A stretch of DNA of 64,000 nucleotides from an uncultured Candidatus Rokubacteria bacterium (lineage in GTDB: Bacteria > Methylomirabilota > Methylomirabilia > Rokubacteriales > DASRDR01): NCBI GenBank assembly GCA_963826115.1, contig CAWGVS010000005.1, positions 1,280,001 to 1,344,000 of the forward strand. Reading direction: 5' to 3'. Below, piece by piece: positions 37,389 to 47,451 of this stretch; position 1 is the stretch's first letter; each line of letters starts with the position of its first letter. A program made the translations under genes and the position numbers. The notes below the pieces were generated by a model. That model was not told where the DNA came from, did not search any database, and saw only the letters and a list, made by a program, of their open reading frames with translations.

Positions 37389-38396
37389 CTATCGACCCAG
37401 CCGCGCGCGGAGCTCGCCGACCGTGTAGCGGCCCGGGCGCTCGCGCGACCGGGCCATTTCCGTGATCAGCTCCAGCAGGAGCCCGCTGTAAGGCGTCGGC
37501 ACGCCGTGCGCCCGGCCCAGCCGGACGATCTCGCCGTTGAACCAGTCCGCCTCGACCTGGCCGCTGCGATGGTAGAGATCCTGCCAGAGGGACGGGCGGT
37601 GCTTCGGCTCCTCCGCCGCGGGGACGGTGACCCCGGTCGCGGGCCCGCGAAGGTCCTCGATACGCTTCTCGACCGTACCGAGACCCGGCGGTCCGTCGAA
37701 GCGGATGCCGGCCGCGCGCAGGACGCGGACGCCCTCGTCGTAGACGTCGGCCATCCAGGCCCGCACCTCGGGGTCGGCGTGCGCCTCCTGCCCGGAGATC
37801 CCGAGCAGCCCGAACGTGGCGTTGTTGAGGTTGACCGCCATCTTGTTCCATTTGTGGACGGCGATCTCTTCGGTCGTGTAGGCGGGGATGTCCGTCTTGG
37901 ACACCGCCTGGGCCACCTCGCGCGCGACGTCGGAGAGCCCCGAGGGCCAGGTCCCGATGCCGAGGGGTCCCGCGCTCGTGTGAACGACCTCCCCGGGGAC
38001 CAGGCGCTTCGCGCCGATCATCACCATCACGCCGTGGATCAGGCGGAAGTAACGGGCCGCCGTCTCCTCGTTCCGGACGCCGTTCTGCGCGCAGAAGACC
38101 GGCAGCTCGAGCGACGTCGTCCGCCGGACTGCCTGCATGGCCGTGTCGGTGTGGAAGGACTTGACCGAGCAGACGAGGACGTCGCCGCTCCGGAATGACA
38201 CCTGGCCCACGTCGGTCACCGCCGGCGCACGGACGACATGGTGCCCGTGCACGCCCCGGAGCTGGAGGCCGTGACGGTTGATGGCGTCGACGTGCTCACG
38301 CCACGGGTCTACGAACAGGACGTCGAGCCCGGCCTTGGCGAGCTGCCCGCCCACCACGCCGCCGATCGCGCCGGACCCCAGCATCACGAAGCGCAT
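37389..38396 (-). CDS. Ketopantoate reductase (ApbA/PanE) family oxidoreductase
   Basis: GSGAIGG, VKS, QNGV, KWNK..N, SLWQD, E.DWFNGEIV; TGATG coupling to the upstream gene. Confidence 0.85.
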   Translation of the reverse strand: MRFVMLGSGAIGGVVGGQLAKAGLDVLFVDPWREHVDAINRHGLQLRGVHGHHVVRAPAVTDVGQVSFRSGDVLVCSVKSFHTDTAMQAVRRTTSLELPVFCAQNGVRNEETAARYFRLIHGVMVMIGAKRLVPGEVVHTSAGPLGIGTWPSGLSDVAREVAQAVSKTDIPAYTTEEIAVHKWNKMAVNLNNATFGLLGISGQEAHADPEVRAWMADVYDEGVRVLRAAGIRFDGPPGLGTVEKRIEDLRGPATGVTVPAAEEPKHRPSLWQDLYHRSGQVEADWFNGEIVRLGRAHGVPTPYSGLLLELITEMARSRERPGRYTVGELRARLGR

Positions 38397-40528
38397 CAGT
38401 CCTCCTCGGTCCCGGCCGGCGGCGGCTCCCCCGCCCGCCGGATCCACACGGCCGTATCGTGGAACACGGCGCCGCCGTTGGGATACCCGGGTTCGGCGCT
38501 GGTCAGGGCGTTGATCCCGATGCCGCCCTCGAAGTGCTTGTTGGGCCAGATCCCCTCGACGACGACCACGCCCTGTTGCTGGCCCGGACGAGGCCGGGCG
38601 TGGGCAACCACGTGCCCACGCTCGTTCCCGAGCGTGACGCGGTCGCCTTCGACGACGCCGAGCGCCCGGCAGTCCTCCGGGTTCATCAGCGCGGTCGGGC
38701 GGCGCTCCCGGGCAAGTGACCCGGGCGTCTCCGAGAAGGTCGAGTTGAGGAACGTGCGGGCGGGCGCCGCCACCAGCCGGAAGGGCTTCTCGGCCGTGGC
38801 CCGGTCGATCACGTCGAAGTGATCGGGAAGCCGCGGCATCTTGGCGCCCCGCCCTCCGAACGCGTCCCAGTCAGGCCTGAAGCGAAACTTCCCATCAGGC
38901 CATGCAAACCCGCTCAGGAAATGAGCTTTCGCGAACGGGAGCGCCATGTCCTGACCGCCTCGCTCGAGGTTCGTCCGAGCATCCCACATGCCCGAGCGCC
39001 TGAGGGTCTCGTCCATGATCTCCCACGCGGTCATCCCGAAGCCCGGGTGCTCGGCCCCGAGGCGCCGGGCGAGTTCCGCGATGACGAAGTGGTTCTCCCG
39101 GCACTCCCCCGGCGGCTCCACGACCTTCCGCGCCACCTGGAAGTACGTGTGGCCGCTCGCCGTGTAGAAGTCGTCGTGCTCCAGGAACATGGTGGCCGGG
39201 AGCACCACGTCCGCGTAGGCGGCCGTCTCCGTCGGGAACTGCTCGTGGACGCAGAGGAACAGATCCTCCCGCGCGAGGCCCTGGTGGACCAGGCGGAGAT
39301 CCGGGCACACCATCGCGGGATTCGTGTTCTGGACGAGCATCGCGGTGACCGGCGGGCCCCCGTGAAGGGCTTCCGAATCGCCGGTCAGGATCGGCCCGAG
39401 GCGCGACTGGTCGAGGGCACGGATCGTGGGATCCACCCGGTCGAGGCCCTCGATCACGCTCCGGTCCAGAGGATAGATGGCCGTGTGACCGTAGAGAGCG
39501 CCTCCACCCGGATACTGCCAGGCCCCCGTGACCGCCGGGAGACAGGTGACCGCGTGCATCTGGGCCGCCCCGTTGCGCGAGCGGCTGAAGCCATGGTGGC
39601 AGCGGATGAAGCTTCGCTTGGTTCGGCCGTAGAGGCGCGCGAACGAGACGATCTCGTCCACGGTGAGGCCGGTGATCTCCGCCGCCCACGCGGGCGTCCG
39701 CGTCCGGACGTGCGCCGCCAGCTCGTCCGGCGCGTCCGTGTACCGGCGCATGTAGGCCCAGTCCGCATGGCCCTCGGCGAACAGGACGTGCATCACCGCG
39801 CAGACGAGCGCGCCGTCGGTGCCGGGCCGGGGGGCGAGGTGGATGTCGGCGCGCTCGGCGGTACCGGTCCGGTACGGGTCGACCACGACCAGCGGAGCTC
39901 CCCGCCGCTGCGCCCGCGTGACGTGGGTCATCACGTTGACCTGGGTGTTGACGGGATTCCCGCCCCAGATCACGACGAGCTCCGAGTGCTCGCCCACCTC
40001 GCGGAGGTCGACTCCCCGCTTGGCGCCCGTCCCGGCGATCCAGCCGGTGTCGGACAGCGTGACGCAGATCGTCGAGAACCAGCGGGAGTAGCGCATGACG
40101 TGGCGCAGGCGGTTGATGCCGTCCCGCTGCACGAGCCCCATCGTGCCCGCGTAGAAGTACGGCCAGACGGTCTCCGCGCCATGACGCGCCGCCTTCTCGA
40201 CGAACGCATCCGCGACGCGGTCGAGGGCCTCGTCCCAGGAGATGCGGGTGAACTGGCCAGAGCCCTTCGGGCCGACCCGCCGGAGCGGGTACAGAAGGCG
40301 GTCGGGATGGTGGATGCGCTCGGCGTAGCGGCCGACCTTCTCGCAGATGACGCCAGCGGTGTAGGTGTTCCGCGTCGACCCGCGCACCCGCCCGATCGTG
40401 TGCGCGTCCAGGCGCTCGACCTCGAGCGCGCACGTGCTGGTGCAGTCGTGGGGGCAGACGGAGGGAACGACCTCGAGCGCGCCCCGTCGCCCGACGGGCC
40501 CCGGCGCGGTTACCGGCGCGTCACGCAT
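38396..40528 (-). CDS. Molybdopterin (bis-MGD) oxidoreductase with N-terminal 4Fe-4S cluster
   Basis: CPHDCTSTC...C.K, DRLLYPL, WGGNP, ADVVLPAT..E, LNSTF, INALT. Confidence 0.92.
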   Translation of the reverse strand: MRDAPVTAPGPVGRRGALEVVPSVCPHDCTSTCALEVERLDAHTIGRVRGSTRNTYTAGVICEKVGRYAERIHHPDRLLYPLRRVGPKGSGQFTRISWDEALDRVADAFVEKAARHGAETVWPYFYAGTMGLVQRDGINRLRHVMRYSRWFSTICVTLSDTGWIAGTGAKRGVDLREVGEHSELVVIWGGNPVNTQVNVMTHVTRAQRRGAPLVVVDPYRTGTAERADIHLAPRPGTDGALVCAVMHVLFAEGHADWAYMRRYTDAPDELAAHVRTRTPAWAAEITGLTVDEIVSFARLYGRTKRSFIRCHHGFSRSRNGAAQMHAVTCLPAVTGAWQYPGGGALYGHTAIYPLDRSVIEGLDRVDPTIRALDQSRLGPILTGDSEALHGGPPVTAMLVQNTNPAMVCPDLRLVHQGLAREDLFLCVHEQFPTETAAYADVVLPATMFLEHDDFYTASGHTYFQVARKVVEPPGECRENHFVIAELARRLGAEHPGFGMTAWEIMDETLRRSGMWDARTNLERGGQDMALPFAKAHFLSGFAWPDGKFRFRPDWDAFGGRGAKMPRLPDHFDVIDRATAEKPFRLVAAPARTFLNSTFSETPGSLARERRPTALMNPEDCRALGVVEGDRVTLGNERGHVVAHARPRPGQQQGVVVVEGIWPNKHFEGGIGINALTSAEPGYPNGGAVFHDTAVWIRRAGEPPPAGTEED

Positions 40529-40569
40529 GGGCCGAGAATACCTTCCTCGATCGGCCCTGACAACGTCGC

Positions 40570-41223
40570 TCAGCGCCTCCGGCTTCCGCGATCGAGCCAG
40601 AAGCCGAGCCCGGTGATCACACCGATCATGAGGAGCGAGCTGACCGCCACGACCGAGGGCGCCGGGGGCGGGCCTGTCGCCACGCCACCCCAGATCGTCA
40701 AGAGGCCCGCCAGCGCCACCACCGCACCGAGCCCCCGGCGGGCCGCGCCTCGCGCCGCGCCCGCGGTCCCGAGGTAGAGCCACCATCCCACCCCGCCCAT
40801 CGCGCACTCGACGGCGAGCTCGACGCCCGTGTGCCGCCAGAGGCCCAGGCCCACGTGGTACGACCCCGCTCCCAGCAGCGGAAGCCCGGCGACGTGCACC
40901 AGGGCGTCCAGGAGGAAGTGCGAGAAGACCGTGGCCCCGACGACCAGGCTCGCCGCGCGACCCGACCCGGCCAGCCGCATCGCCACGCACGCGGCCGCCG
41001 ACCACCCGAGGCTCGCGACCAGCCCGTGAGAGTACGGGAACGTGAACGTCGGGTAACGCGGCGCCATCGGACCTGCCGGGAGCTGGACCGACTCGAGTCC
41101 CACGAGGACGAACACCCAGAGGAGCGCGTCGAGCCACATCGCGGCGAGGAACAGCGTCCCGAGGCTGACCGGCGGGGCGACGCGTCGGGCCGCCAGTCCG
41201 GCGCCCAGATGGCCCACGAACAT
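40570..41223 (-). CDS. Membrane protein, putative metal-dependent hydrolase
   Basis: MFVGH, D.LLW, PYSHGL, SHFLLD..VH; multiple TM helices. Confidence 0.65.
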   Translation of the reverse strand: MFVGHLGAGLAARRVAPPVSLGTLFLAAMWLDALLWVFVLVGLESVQLPAGPMAPRYPTFTFPYSHGLVASLGWSAAACVAMRLAGSGRAASLVVGATVFSHFLLDALVHVAGLPLLGAGSYHVGLGLWRHTGVELAVECAMGGVGWWLYLGTAGAARGAARRGLGAVVALAGLLTIWGGVATGPPPAPSVVAVSSLLMIGVITGLGFWLDRGSRRR

Positions 41224-41423
41224 TGCGTCATGATAGTACGCGCGCGTCCGTCACGCGTTGGCTCGCCCGACGTGGAGGCAGACCTCGCGGCCTACCCCCG
41301 ATCGTTGCGCCGGGCCCAGGGAGTGCGTATATACTCGGCCCGCCGTTTCTTCGGTCAGCGCCTCGTCCGGCTCGCCGGCGGGGCCTCGCAGGCTGCCCGC
41401 ACCCGATGGGGAGGAAGCCCGGC

Positions 41424-41960
41424 ATGATCGACGGCGCCACCAAGGACGGCCAGAGCATCACGTCCGACTGGACCCCGTTCCTTCGGCTGATCGACGGCGT
41501 TCGTATCCGCGAGGTCAAGAACGTGCCGAAGGGCAACGGGGTCCTGACCGAGGTCTTCCGGACGGACTGGAGCCTCGACGAGGGCGCCGTCCAGCAGGTC
41601 TTTCAGACCACGGTCGTGCCGGGCGGGCTGTCGGCCTGGCACGCTCACCAGCACACGACGGACCGCCTGTTCGTCAGCCTGGGCATGCTCACGATCGTGC
41701 TGTTCGACGCGCGGGAGAGCTCGCCGACCCACGGGCGCGTCAACGAGCTCCGGTTCGGGGCCCAGCGACCGGCGCTGGTCGTCGTTCCTCCCGGCGTCTG
41801 GCACGGCGTCCAGAACACCGGCGACGTCCCTGCCCTGCTCCTGAACCTCGTCGACCGGGCCTACCGGTACGAGGACCCCGATCACTGGCGGCTTCCGCCG
41901 GACACGCCCAAGATCCCGTACAGCTTCCGGCGCCCCCAGCTGACCGACGGCCTCCGCTGA
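41424..41960 (+). CDS. dTDP-4-dehydrorhamnose 3,5-epimerase (RmlC-like cupin) family
   Basis: IDGV, G.LTEVFR.DW, AWHAH, FDAR..SPT.G, VPPGVWHG. Confidence 0.82.
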   Translation: MIDGATKDGQSITSDWTPFLRLIDGVRIREVKNVPKGNGVLTEVFRTDWSLDEGAVQQVFQTTVVPGGLSAWHAHQHTTDRLFVSLGMLTIVLFDARESSPTHGRVNELRFGAQRPALVVVPPGVWHGVQNTGDVPALLLNLVDRAYRYEDPDHWRLPPDTPKIPYSFRRPQLTDGLR

Positions 41961-42023
41961 AGCAACGGCAGCGGCCCGTGGTCGTATCGCGGCCTCCGCG
42001 GCCATGACTCGCTGGTCCGTCGC

Positions 42024-43001
42024 ATGACGGTCGAGCTCCCGCCCACGGATCCCGCCGGCGCCTCGGGACCGCTCGCCGCCCCTCGCGTCTCGATCATCAC
42101 GGCCACCTACAACCGGAGCAACGTCCTCCGGATCGTCATCGAGACCGTCCGCCGGCAGACCGTGACGGACTGGGAGTGGATCATCGTCGGCGACGCCTGT
42201 ACCGACGACACCGCCGACGTGGTCGCGTCGTTCGCCGATTGGCGCATCCGCTTCGTCAACCTGTCGCGCGGATACGGCGAGCAGTCGGGCCCGCACAACG
42301 AGGGCTTCGCGCTCGCCCGGGCCGGCCATCTCGCCTACCTCAACCACGACGACCTGTGGCTGCCGGATCACCTCGAGGTGATGCTCGAGGCTCTCAGGGA
42401 CACGGGAGCCGACCTGGTGTTCCCGCTCGTGGAGACGATCCGCCCGGACGACCGGCCACGGCTCCTCGGCGCGAGCCCCTCCGGGCACTACATGCCGTAC
42501 GTGTACGTCCCGCCCTCGGCGTGGGTGCTCCGGCGCCAGCTCATCGAGGAGCTCGGCCCCTGGCGGTCGGCCCGGGACTGCTACGAGAACCCGTCCGAGG
42601 ACCTGCTCTTCCGCGCATGGCAGGCCGGGAAGGACATGCGGCTCGTGCCGCGTCTGACCGTCCTCACGATCCCGTCCGCGTATCGCGATCGCGCCTATGC
42701 CCGACGGGAGATCGGGGAGCACGAAGCCTACGCGCAGCGAATGCGCGCGGAGCCCGATTTCCGCGAGCGGGAATTGTCCGCCCTCGCCCTCCGCTACGGG
42801 GCCGAGCAATTCTCGGTCGCGCCCACCCTCGCGCTCACGGCCCGCAACGCGATCCGGCGCGGCCTGGTCGCCCTGGGTCTCAGGCCGATGGCGGTGCGAC
42901 GGTTCCTGCAGTACGGCCGGAAGGGCGCCATGCTGAACGACCTTCGCCGTCGACGCGGTCTGGCCCCGATCGACTGGGCGAAGAGGGACGGAGGCGGCTG
43001 A
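42024..43001 (+). CDS. GT2 family glycosyltransferase
   Basis: VSIITATYNR, IIVGDACTDDT, YLNHDDLW. Confidence 0.88.
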   Translation: MTVELPPTDPAGASGPLAAPRVSIITATYNRSNVLRIVIETVRRQTVTDWEWIIVGDACTDDTADVVASFADWRIRFVNLSRGYGEQSGPHNEGFALARAGHLAYLNHDDLWLPDHLEVMLEALRDTGADLVFPLVETIRPDDRPRLLGASPSGHYMPYVYVPPSAWVLRRQLIEELGPWRSARDCYENPSEDLLFRAWQAGKDMRLVPRLTVLTIPSAYRDRAYARREIGEHEAYAQRMRAEPDFRERELSALALRYGAEQFSVAPTLALTARNAIRRGLVALGLRPMAVRRFLQYGRKGAMLNDLRRRRGLAPIDWAKRDGGG

Positions 43002-43027
43002 CCCCCGGCGGCGCGGCGGCTCGCCGG

Positions 43028-43882
43028 TCAGGCCAGCTTGCCGACGAGGGACGCGTATTCCGTCGTCCGGAGAGCCTGGCGGATCTCGTCGAGGTTCGCC
43101 ACGAGATCCGCGAGCCGATCCGTGCCCGTCCGGAGGTACTCCGTCCTCACCGGCACCGGCGGGACGCCCAGGTACTCGAAGGCACGGTCGAGGGTCGTCT
43201 GGAAGCTCTCCCGCCGGAGGAGATCGTCCTCGTACCAGAGAGCCAGGTGCGGGAGGCCCATCAGGGCGGCCCGCTCCCCTTGCAGGCCCGCGTCCAGTTC
43301 CCGCATCCGTCCGATCAGCCAGGGCACGTCGATCAAGAACGGTCCGGGCCGGGGCCGGCGCCCCGCGCGAGTCTGATGTCGCGCCAGGCGCTGTTGCGCG
43401 ACAGCTGACGAGAGCGCCTGACGCAGCCGGTCGCGCCGCGCGAGGTGCACGATCCGACCTCCCCCGGCGTGGAGCCGGCCGAGGAAGGCGGCCGGGTCCG
43501 TGATCCCCTGCGTCGTCAGGTGGTGGAGCTTCAGCTTGAAGCCGAACATCGCCCGCCTCGACAGCGCGGCCCGCGCGGCGAGGAGCCGGTGAGCGCTGAG
43601 GACCCGGTGGGACAGGATCTCATCCTCGCATTCGATGTCGGGGTGCGAGTTGAGGAGGTCCATCAGCAGACTGCTCCCCGTGCGACCGGAGGCGAAGATC
43701 ACGAATCCGACCGAGGCCCCCCGGCCCGGCCGACGCCACGCCCGTCCATAGGCCGAGAGCTCGCGGGCCACGCTCCGGACCGTGATCAGCGGCCGGTAGT
43801 ATCGCAAGCGATAGCGAAGGTCGCCCATCTGGCCCGGGAAGGTTAGCGCGCGCGGCGACGGCCGGACAAGGGGTCTTCGCAT
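43028..43882 (-). CDS. Sulfotransferase (Stf0-like); start may be the ATG at 43829
   Basis: 5'-PSB loop GRTGSSLL..LLNSHP, GFKL, R.D.LRQALS (3'-PB), YEDDL. Confidence 0.8.
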   Translation of the reverse strand: MRRPLVRPSPRALTFPGQMGDLRYRLRYYRPLITVRSVARELSAYGRAWRRPGRGASVGFVIFASGRTGSSLLMDLLNSHPDIECEDEILSHRVLSAHRLLAARAALSRRAMFGFKLKLHHLTTQGITDPAAFLGRLHAGGGRIVHLARRDRLRQALSSAVAQQRLARHQTRAGRRPRPGPFLIDVPWLIGRMRELDAGLQGERAALMGLPHLALWYEDDLLRRESFQTTLDRAFEYLGVPPVPVRTEYLRTGTDRLADLVANLDEIRQALRTTEYASLVGKLA

Positions 43883-43949
43883 GTGGGCCGCTCCTCCGCG
43901 AGGCGACCGGTCTTGACAGGCGTCGAGGCCGCGCTCACGGTAGTCGACG

Positions 43950-46313
43950 GTGACCGACGATCTCGCCCCGCCGGCCTCCCGGCCCCTTCACCGTCGCGAC
44001 CTTGCGACCGCGCTCCCCGATCTCACGAGCCGCCTGACGCTCCGCGGCCTCGAGAGGCCGGTCGACGTGTGGCGGGACCCCGAGGGCGTCCCCCACGCGC
44101 GGGCCGGCTCCGTCCACGACGCCTTCTTCGCCCAGGGATTCGTCCACGCGCAGGACCGGCTCTGGCACATGGAGTACGACCGTCGGCGGGCGAGCGGTCG
44201 CTGGGCCGAGCTCGCCGGGCCGGCCGCGGTGCCGCAGGACGCCCTCGCCCGAAGGCTCGGCCTCGACCGGAGCGCGCGCGTCGACTACGAGGGCGCGTCG
44301 GCCGAGACCCGCGCGATGCTCGACGCGTTCGCGGCCGGCGTCAACGCCTTCCTCGACACGACCCGCGCCTGGCCCGTGGAGTTCCAGCTCCTCGGCGCGC
44401 GGCCGGAGCGCTGGGCGCCGTGGGACAGCCTCGCCGTCTTCAAGATCCGCCACGTCGAGATGGGGCCCTGGCAGCTGAAGATCTGGCGCGCGCGCCTCGC
44501 CCGCCAGCTGGGGCCGCGCCTGGCGGCCCACCTGTCGCCGGGTCCCGCATCGAACCCCATGCTGATCCTGCCACCCGGCGCCGAGCACGAGGGGCCGGCC
44601 CCGAGCCTCCTCGACGCGCTCCGCGGGAGCGACGTCGTCCTTTCTTCCCTGCCCGCGTGGCTCGGCGGGAGCAACAACTGGGCCCTCGCCGGTAGCCGGA
44701 CGGCGTCGGGACGCCCGCTCCTGGCGGGCGACCCGCACCGCCCCCTCGATACGCCGAACTGCTACTACCAGAACCACATCGCCTGCCCGGACTTCGATGC
44801 CATCGGGCTCTCGTTCCCGGGCGTCCCGGGAATGTCCCATTTCGGCCACAATCGCCACGTCGCGTGGTGCGTCACCCACGCGATGGCGGACTACCAAGAT
44901 GTCTTCGTCGAGCGCTTCGACCCGACCGATCCAACCCGGTACGAGTTCCGCGGCGAGTGGCGACAGGCCGAGGTGCGGCGCGAGACAATTCGGGTCCGCG
45001 GCGGCCGCCCCGTCGACGTCCAGGTCACCGTCACGCACCACGGGCCGGTCGTCCTCGGCGAGCCCGTGAAGGGCCACGCCCTGTCGCTCCGGTACACGGC
45101 GACGGCGGAGCTGAACCGGACCTTCGACGCCCTCGTCCCGATGCTCCGCGCCACCTCGGCTGCGGAGCTCGAGGAAGCGATGCGGCCGTGGGTCGAGCCG
45201 GGCAACAACCTGGTCTTCGCGGACGTCCACGGGACGATCGGGTACCGGGACCGCGGCCGCCTGCCGGTGCGGGCGCGCGAGAACGGCTGGCTCCCGGTGG
45301 CGGGCTGGGACGGCGCTCACGAGTGGACCGGCACGATCCCTTTCGAGGAGATGCCGGCGTTCCGCGATCCGGCATCGGGCTGGATCGCCACCGCGAACGC
45401 CCGCATCGTCGGCGCCGACTATCCCCACTACCTCGGGCTCGACTACGCGCCGGACTTCCGGACCCGTCGGATCGTCGCGCGACTCCGTGACCTCCGCGGC
45501 GCGACAGCCGCCGACATGGCGGCCATCCATGCGGACCGCGCCTCCATTCCCGCCCGCCGCCTCGTCGAGCTCCTGGCGCGGATCGACGCCCTCGACGCCG
45601 GCTCGCGCGCGGCGCTCGAGACGCTGCGCGGCTGGGACGGGACGATGGACGCCGACAGCGCCGCCCCGACGATCTACGCGGCGTTCCGGGTGCGTCTCCT
45701 CCAGGACGTCCTGCGACCGGTCCTCGGGTCGCTGGCGGCCGACGCCTTCGCACGCGCGCCGGGCGCCGGCGTCGCGCACGTGGCCCGGCTCCGCGGCCGG
45801 CTGGCCGAGTGGATCCGCGCGGACGACCGGACGCTCCTCCAGCCCGGCGACGACTGGGGCAGCGCGATGGCGCGGGCCCTCGCGGGCGCGGTGACGACGC
45901 TACGGGAGACCCTCGGCCCGGACCCGGCAGGCTGGACGTGGGGGCGTGTCCACGTCGCGCGCCCGGTCCACCCGCTCTCGCCGGCCTTCCCGGACGCCGC
46001 GACGATCCTCGATCCGCCGCCCGCGCCGGCCGGCGGCGACGGGGACACCGTGCAGGCCGCGGATTTCGTTCCCGCGTCGGGCTTCGACCTCTCCCTCACG
46101 TCGGTCGCGCGCTACGTGTTCGACCTGGGTGACTGGGAGCGGAGCGCGTGGATCGTGCCGCTCGGCGCGTCGGGACACCCGGGTAGCGCGCACTACGCGG
46201 ACCAGACGGCCGACTGGGCCGCGGTGCGGCTCCGGCCGATGCGGTACGACTGGGCCCGCGTCTCGGCCGAGGCCGAGAGCCGCCAGCGGCTCGAGCCGGC
46301 CGCGGATCGCTAG
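43950..46313 (+). CDS. Penicillin acylase family Ntn-hydrolase (peptidase S45)
   Basis: GVPH, QGFVHAQDRLW.M, GSNNW autoproteolysis site, GDPH, GASGHP.S.HY.DQ; TTGACA upstream. Confidence 0.93.
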   Translation: MTDDLAPPASRPLHRRDLATALPDLTSRLTLRGLERPVDVWRDPEGVPHARAGSVHDAFFAQGFVHAQDRLWHMEYDRRRASGRWAELAGPAAVPQDALARRLGLDRSARVDYEGASAETRAMLDAFAAGVNAFLDTTRAWPVEFQLLGARPERWAPWDSLAVFKIRHVEMGPWQLKIWRARLARQLGPRLAAHLSPGPASNPMLILPPGAEHEGPAPSLLDALRGSDVVLSSLPAWLGGSNNWALAGSRTASGRPLLAGDPHRPLDTPNCYYQNHIACPDFDAIGLSFPGVPGMSHFGHNRHVAWCVTHAMADYQDVFVERFDPTDPTRYEFRGEWRQAEVRRETIRVRGGRPVDVQVTVTHHGPVVLGEPVKGHALSLRYTATAELNRTFDALVPMLRATSAAELEEAMRPWVEPGNNLVFADVHGTIGYRDRGRLPVRARENGWLPVAGWDGAHEWTGTIPFEEMPAFRDPASGWIATANARIVGADYPHYLGLDYAPDFRTRRIVARLRDLRGATAADMAAIHADRASIPARRLVELLARIDALDAGSRAALETLRGWDGTMDADSAAPTIYAAFRVRLLQDVLRPVLGSLAADAFARAPGAGVAHVARLRGRLAEWIRADDRTLLQPGDDWGSAMARALAGAVTTLRETLGPDPAGWTWGRVHVARPVHPLSPAFPDAATILDPPPAPAGGDGDTVQAADFVPASGFDLSLTSVARYVFDLGDWERSAWIVPLGASGHPGSAHYADQTADWAAVRLRPMRYDWARVSAEAESRQRLEPAADR

Positions 46314-46328
46314 GCTAGTCGCCCGGCC

Positions 46329-47258
46329 TCAGCCCCGGATTCCGGGCATGTCGAACCCGCGCGCCGCGAGGCCGGCGACGAGCTCCGCCTCCTGGCTCGC
46401 GGTCAGCTCGACGAGCGGCGGCCGCACGGTCCGCCAGCCCGGGTCTCCCTGGAAGTGGGCGATCGTCGCCTTCAGCGCGGGAATCATGGGCAGCCGCTGG
46501 AGCACGGCCCGGGTGGCCGCGATCTCCGCTTGCTGATGGTCGGCGTCGGCGGACTGCCACGTGCGGTACAGGTGGTCGATGGGCCCGGGATTGACGTTGC
46601 CCGTGGCCGTGATGCAGCCCACGCCCCCGTGGCGCATGTTCTGGAGGAGGAAGACCTCGCTCCCCGCGAACACGTCGAAGCCGGTGCCCCGGAACGCATC
46701 CAGCATGGCCTTCGTGTTGCTCCAGTCGCCCGAGGAGTCCTTGACCCCTGCCACGGTCCCCGGATACGCCGCGAGCAGCCGCTCGATCAGCCCGAGGCTG
46801 ATCGGCACCTGGGCGACCGGAGGGATGTGGTAGAGGTACAGGCGGAGCCGCGAGTCCGCGACCCGCTCGATCACCTCCGCGAACGCCCGGAAGAGCCCCT
46901 CGTCGGACACGCCCTTGTAGTAGAACGGGGGCAGCATCAGCGCCCCCCCGCACCCGAGCTTCACCGCGTGGCCGGTGAGCCGCACCGAGTCGGTGAGCGC
47001 GCAGCAGCCCGTGCCCGGCATGAGGGACTCGGCCGGCACGCCCCCCGAGACGAGCGCCTCCAGGAGCTCCATGCGCTCCTCGACGGACAGGGAGTTCGCC
47101 TCGCTGTTGGTGCCGAACACCGCGAGGCCACGGCACCCGTGCCCGAGGAGCCACCGGCAGTGGCGCACGAAGCGCCCGGCATCGGGCGCCAGACGGGGCG
47201 TGAAGGGGGTCACCACCGGGGACAGCACCCCGGACAGTCGAGTCGTCGTCATCGCCAT
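46329..47258 (-). CDS. Dihydrodipicolinate synthase/N-acetylneuraminate lyase family
   Basis: VVTPF, FGTNSE, PPFYY, LYHIP, GVKDSSG (Schiff-base Lys). Confidence 0.9.
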   Translation of the reverse strand: MAMTTTRLSGVLSPVVTPFTPRLAPDAGRFVRHCRWLLGHGCRGLAVFGTNSEANSLSVEERMELLEALVSGGVPAESLMPGTGCCALTDSVRLTGHAVKLGCGGALMLPPFYYKGVSDEGLFRAFAEVIERVADSRLRLYLYHIPPVAQVPISLGLIERLLAAYPGTVAGVKDSSGDWSNTKAMLDAFRGTGFDVFAGSEVFLLQNMRHGGVGCITATGNVNPGPIDHLYRTWQSADADHQQAEIAATRAVLQRLPMIPALKATIAHFQGDPGWRTVRPPLVELTASQEAELVAGLAARGFDMPGIRG

Positions 47259-47451
47259 CTCCCCTGGGTCCTGCGCGTCGTGGACGTGTCGAGCGGGCTC
47301 GATCGCAGATGATACACCGGGCGCCCCGCGGCCGCCGTCCTCGCCGTAACCTTGACCCTCCGAGAGGGGCGGGTGTACGGTCGGGTCCGATGAAACGCTC
47401 GCATTCGTGCGCGCGACGTCGCGCCTTATCCGCCGACCGGAGCCCGCGCGG

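Noticed and set aside
37389-38396. Assigning panE, and likewise dapA (46329), metE (10841) and rmlC (41424)
   Set aside because: Family-level motifs only; context and divergence do not support orthology with the canonical biosynthetic genes
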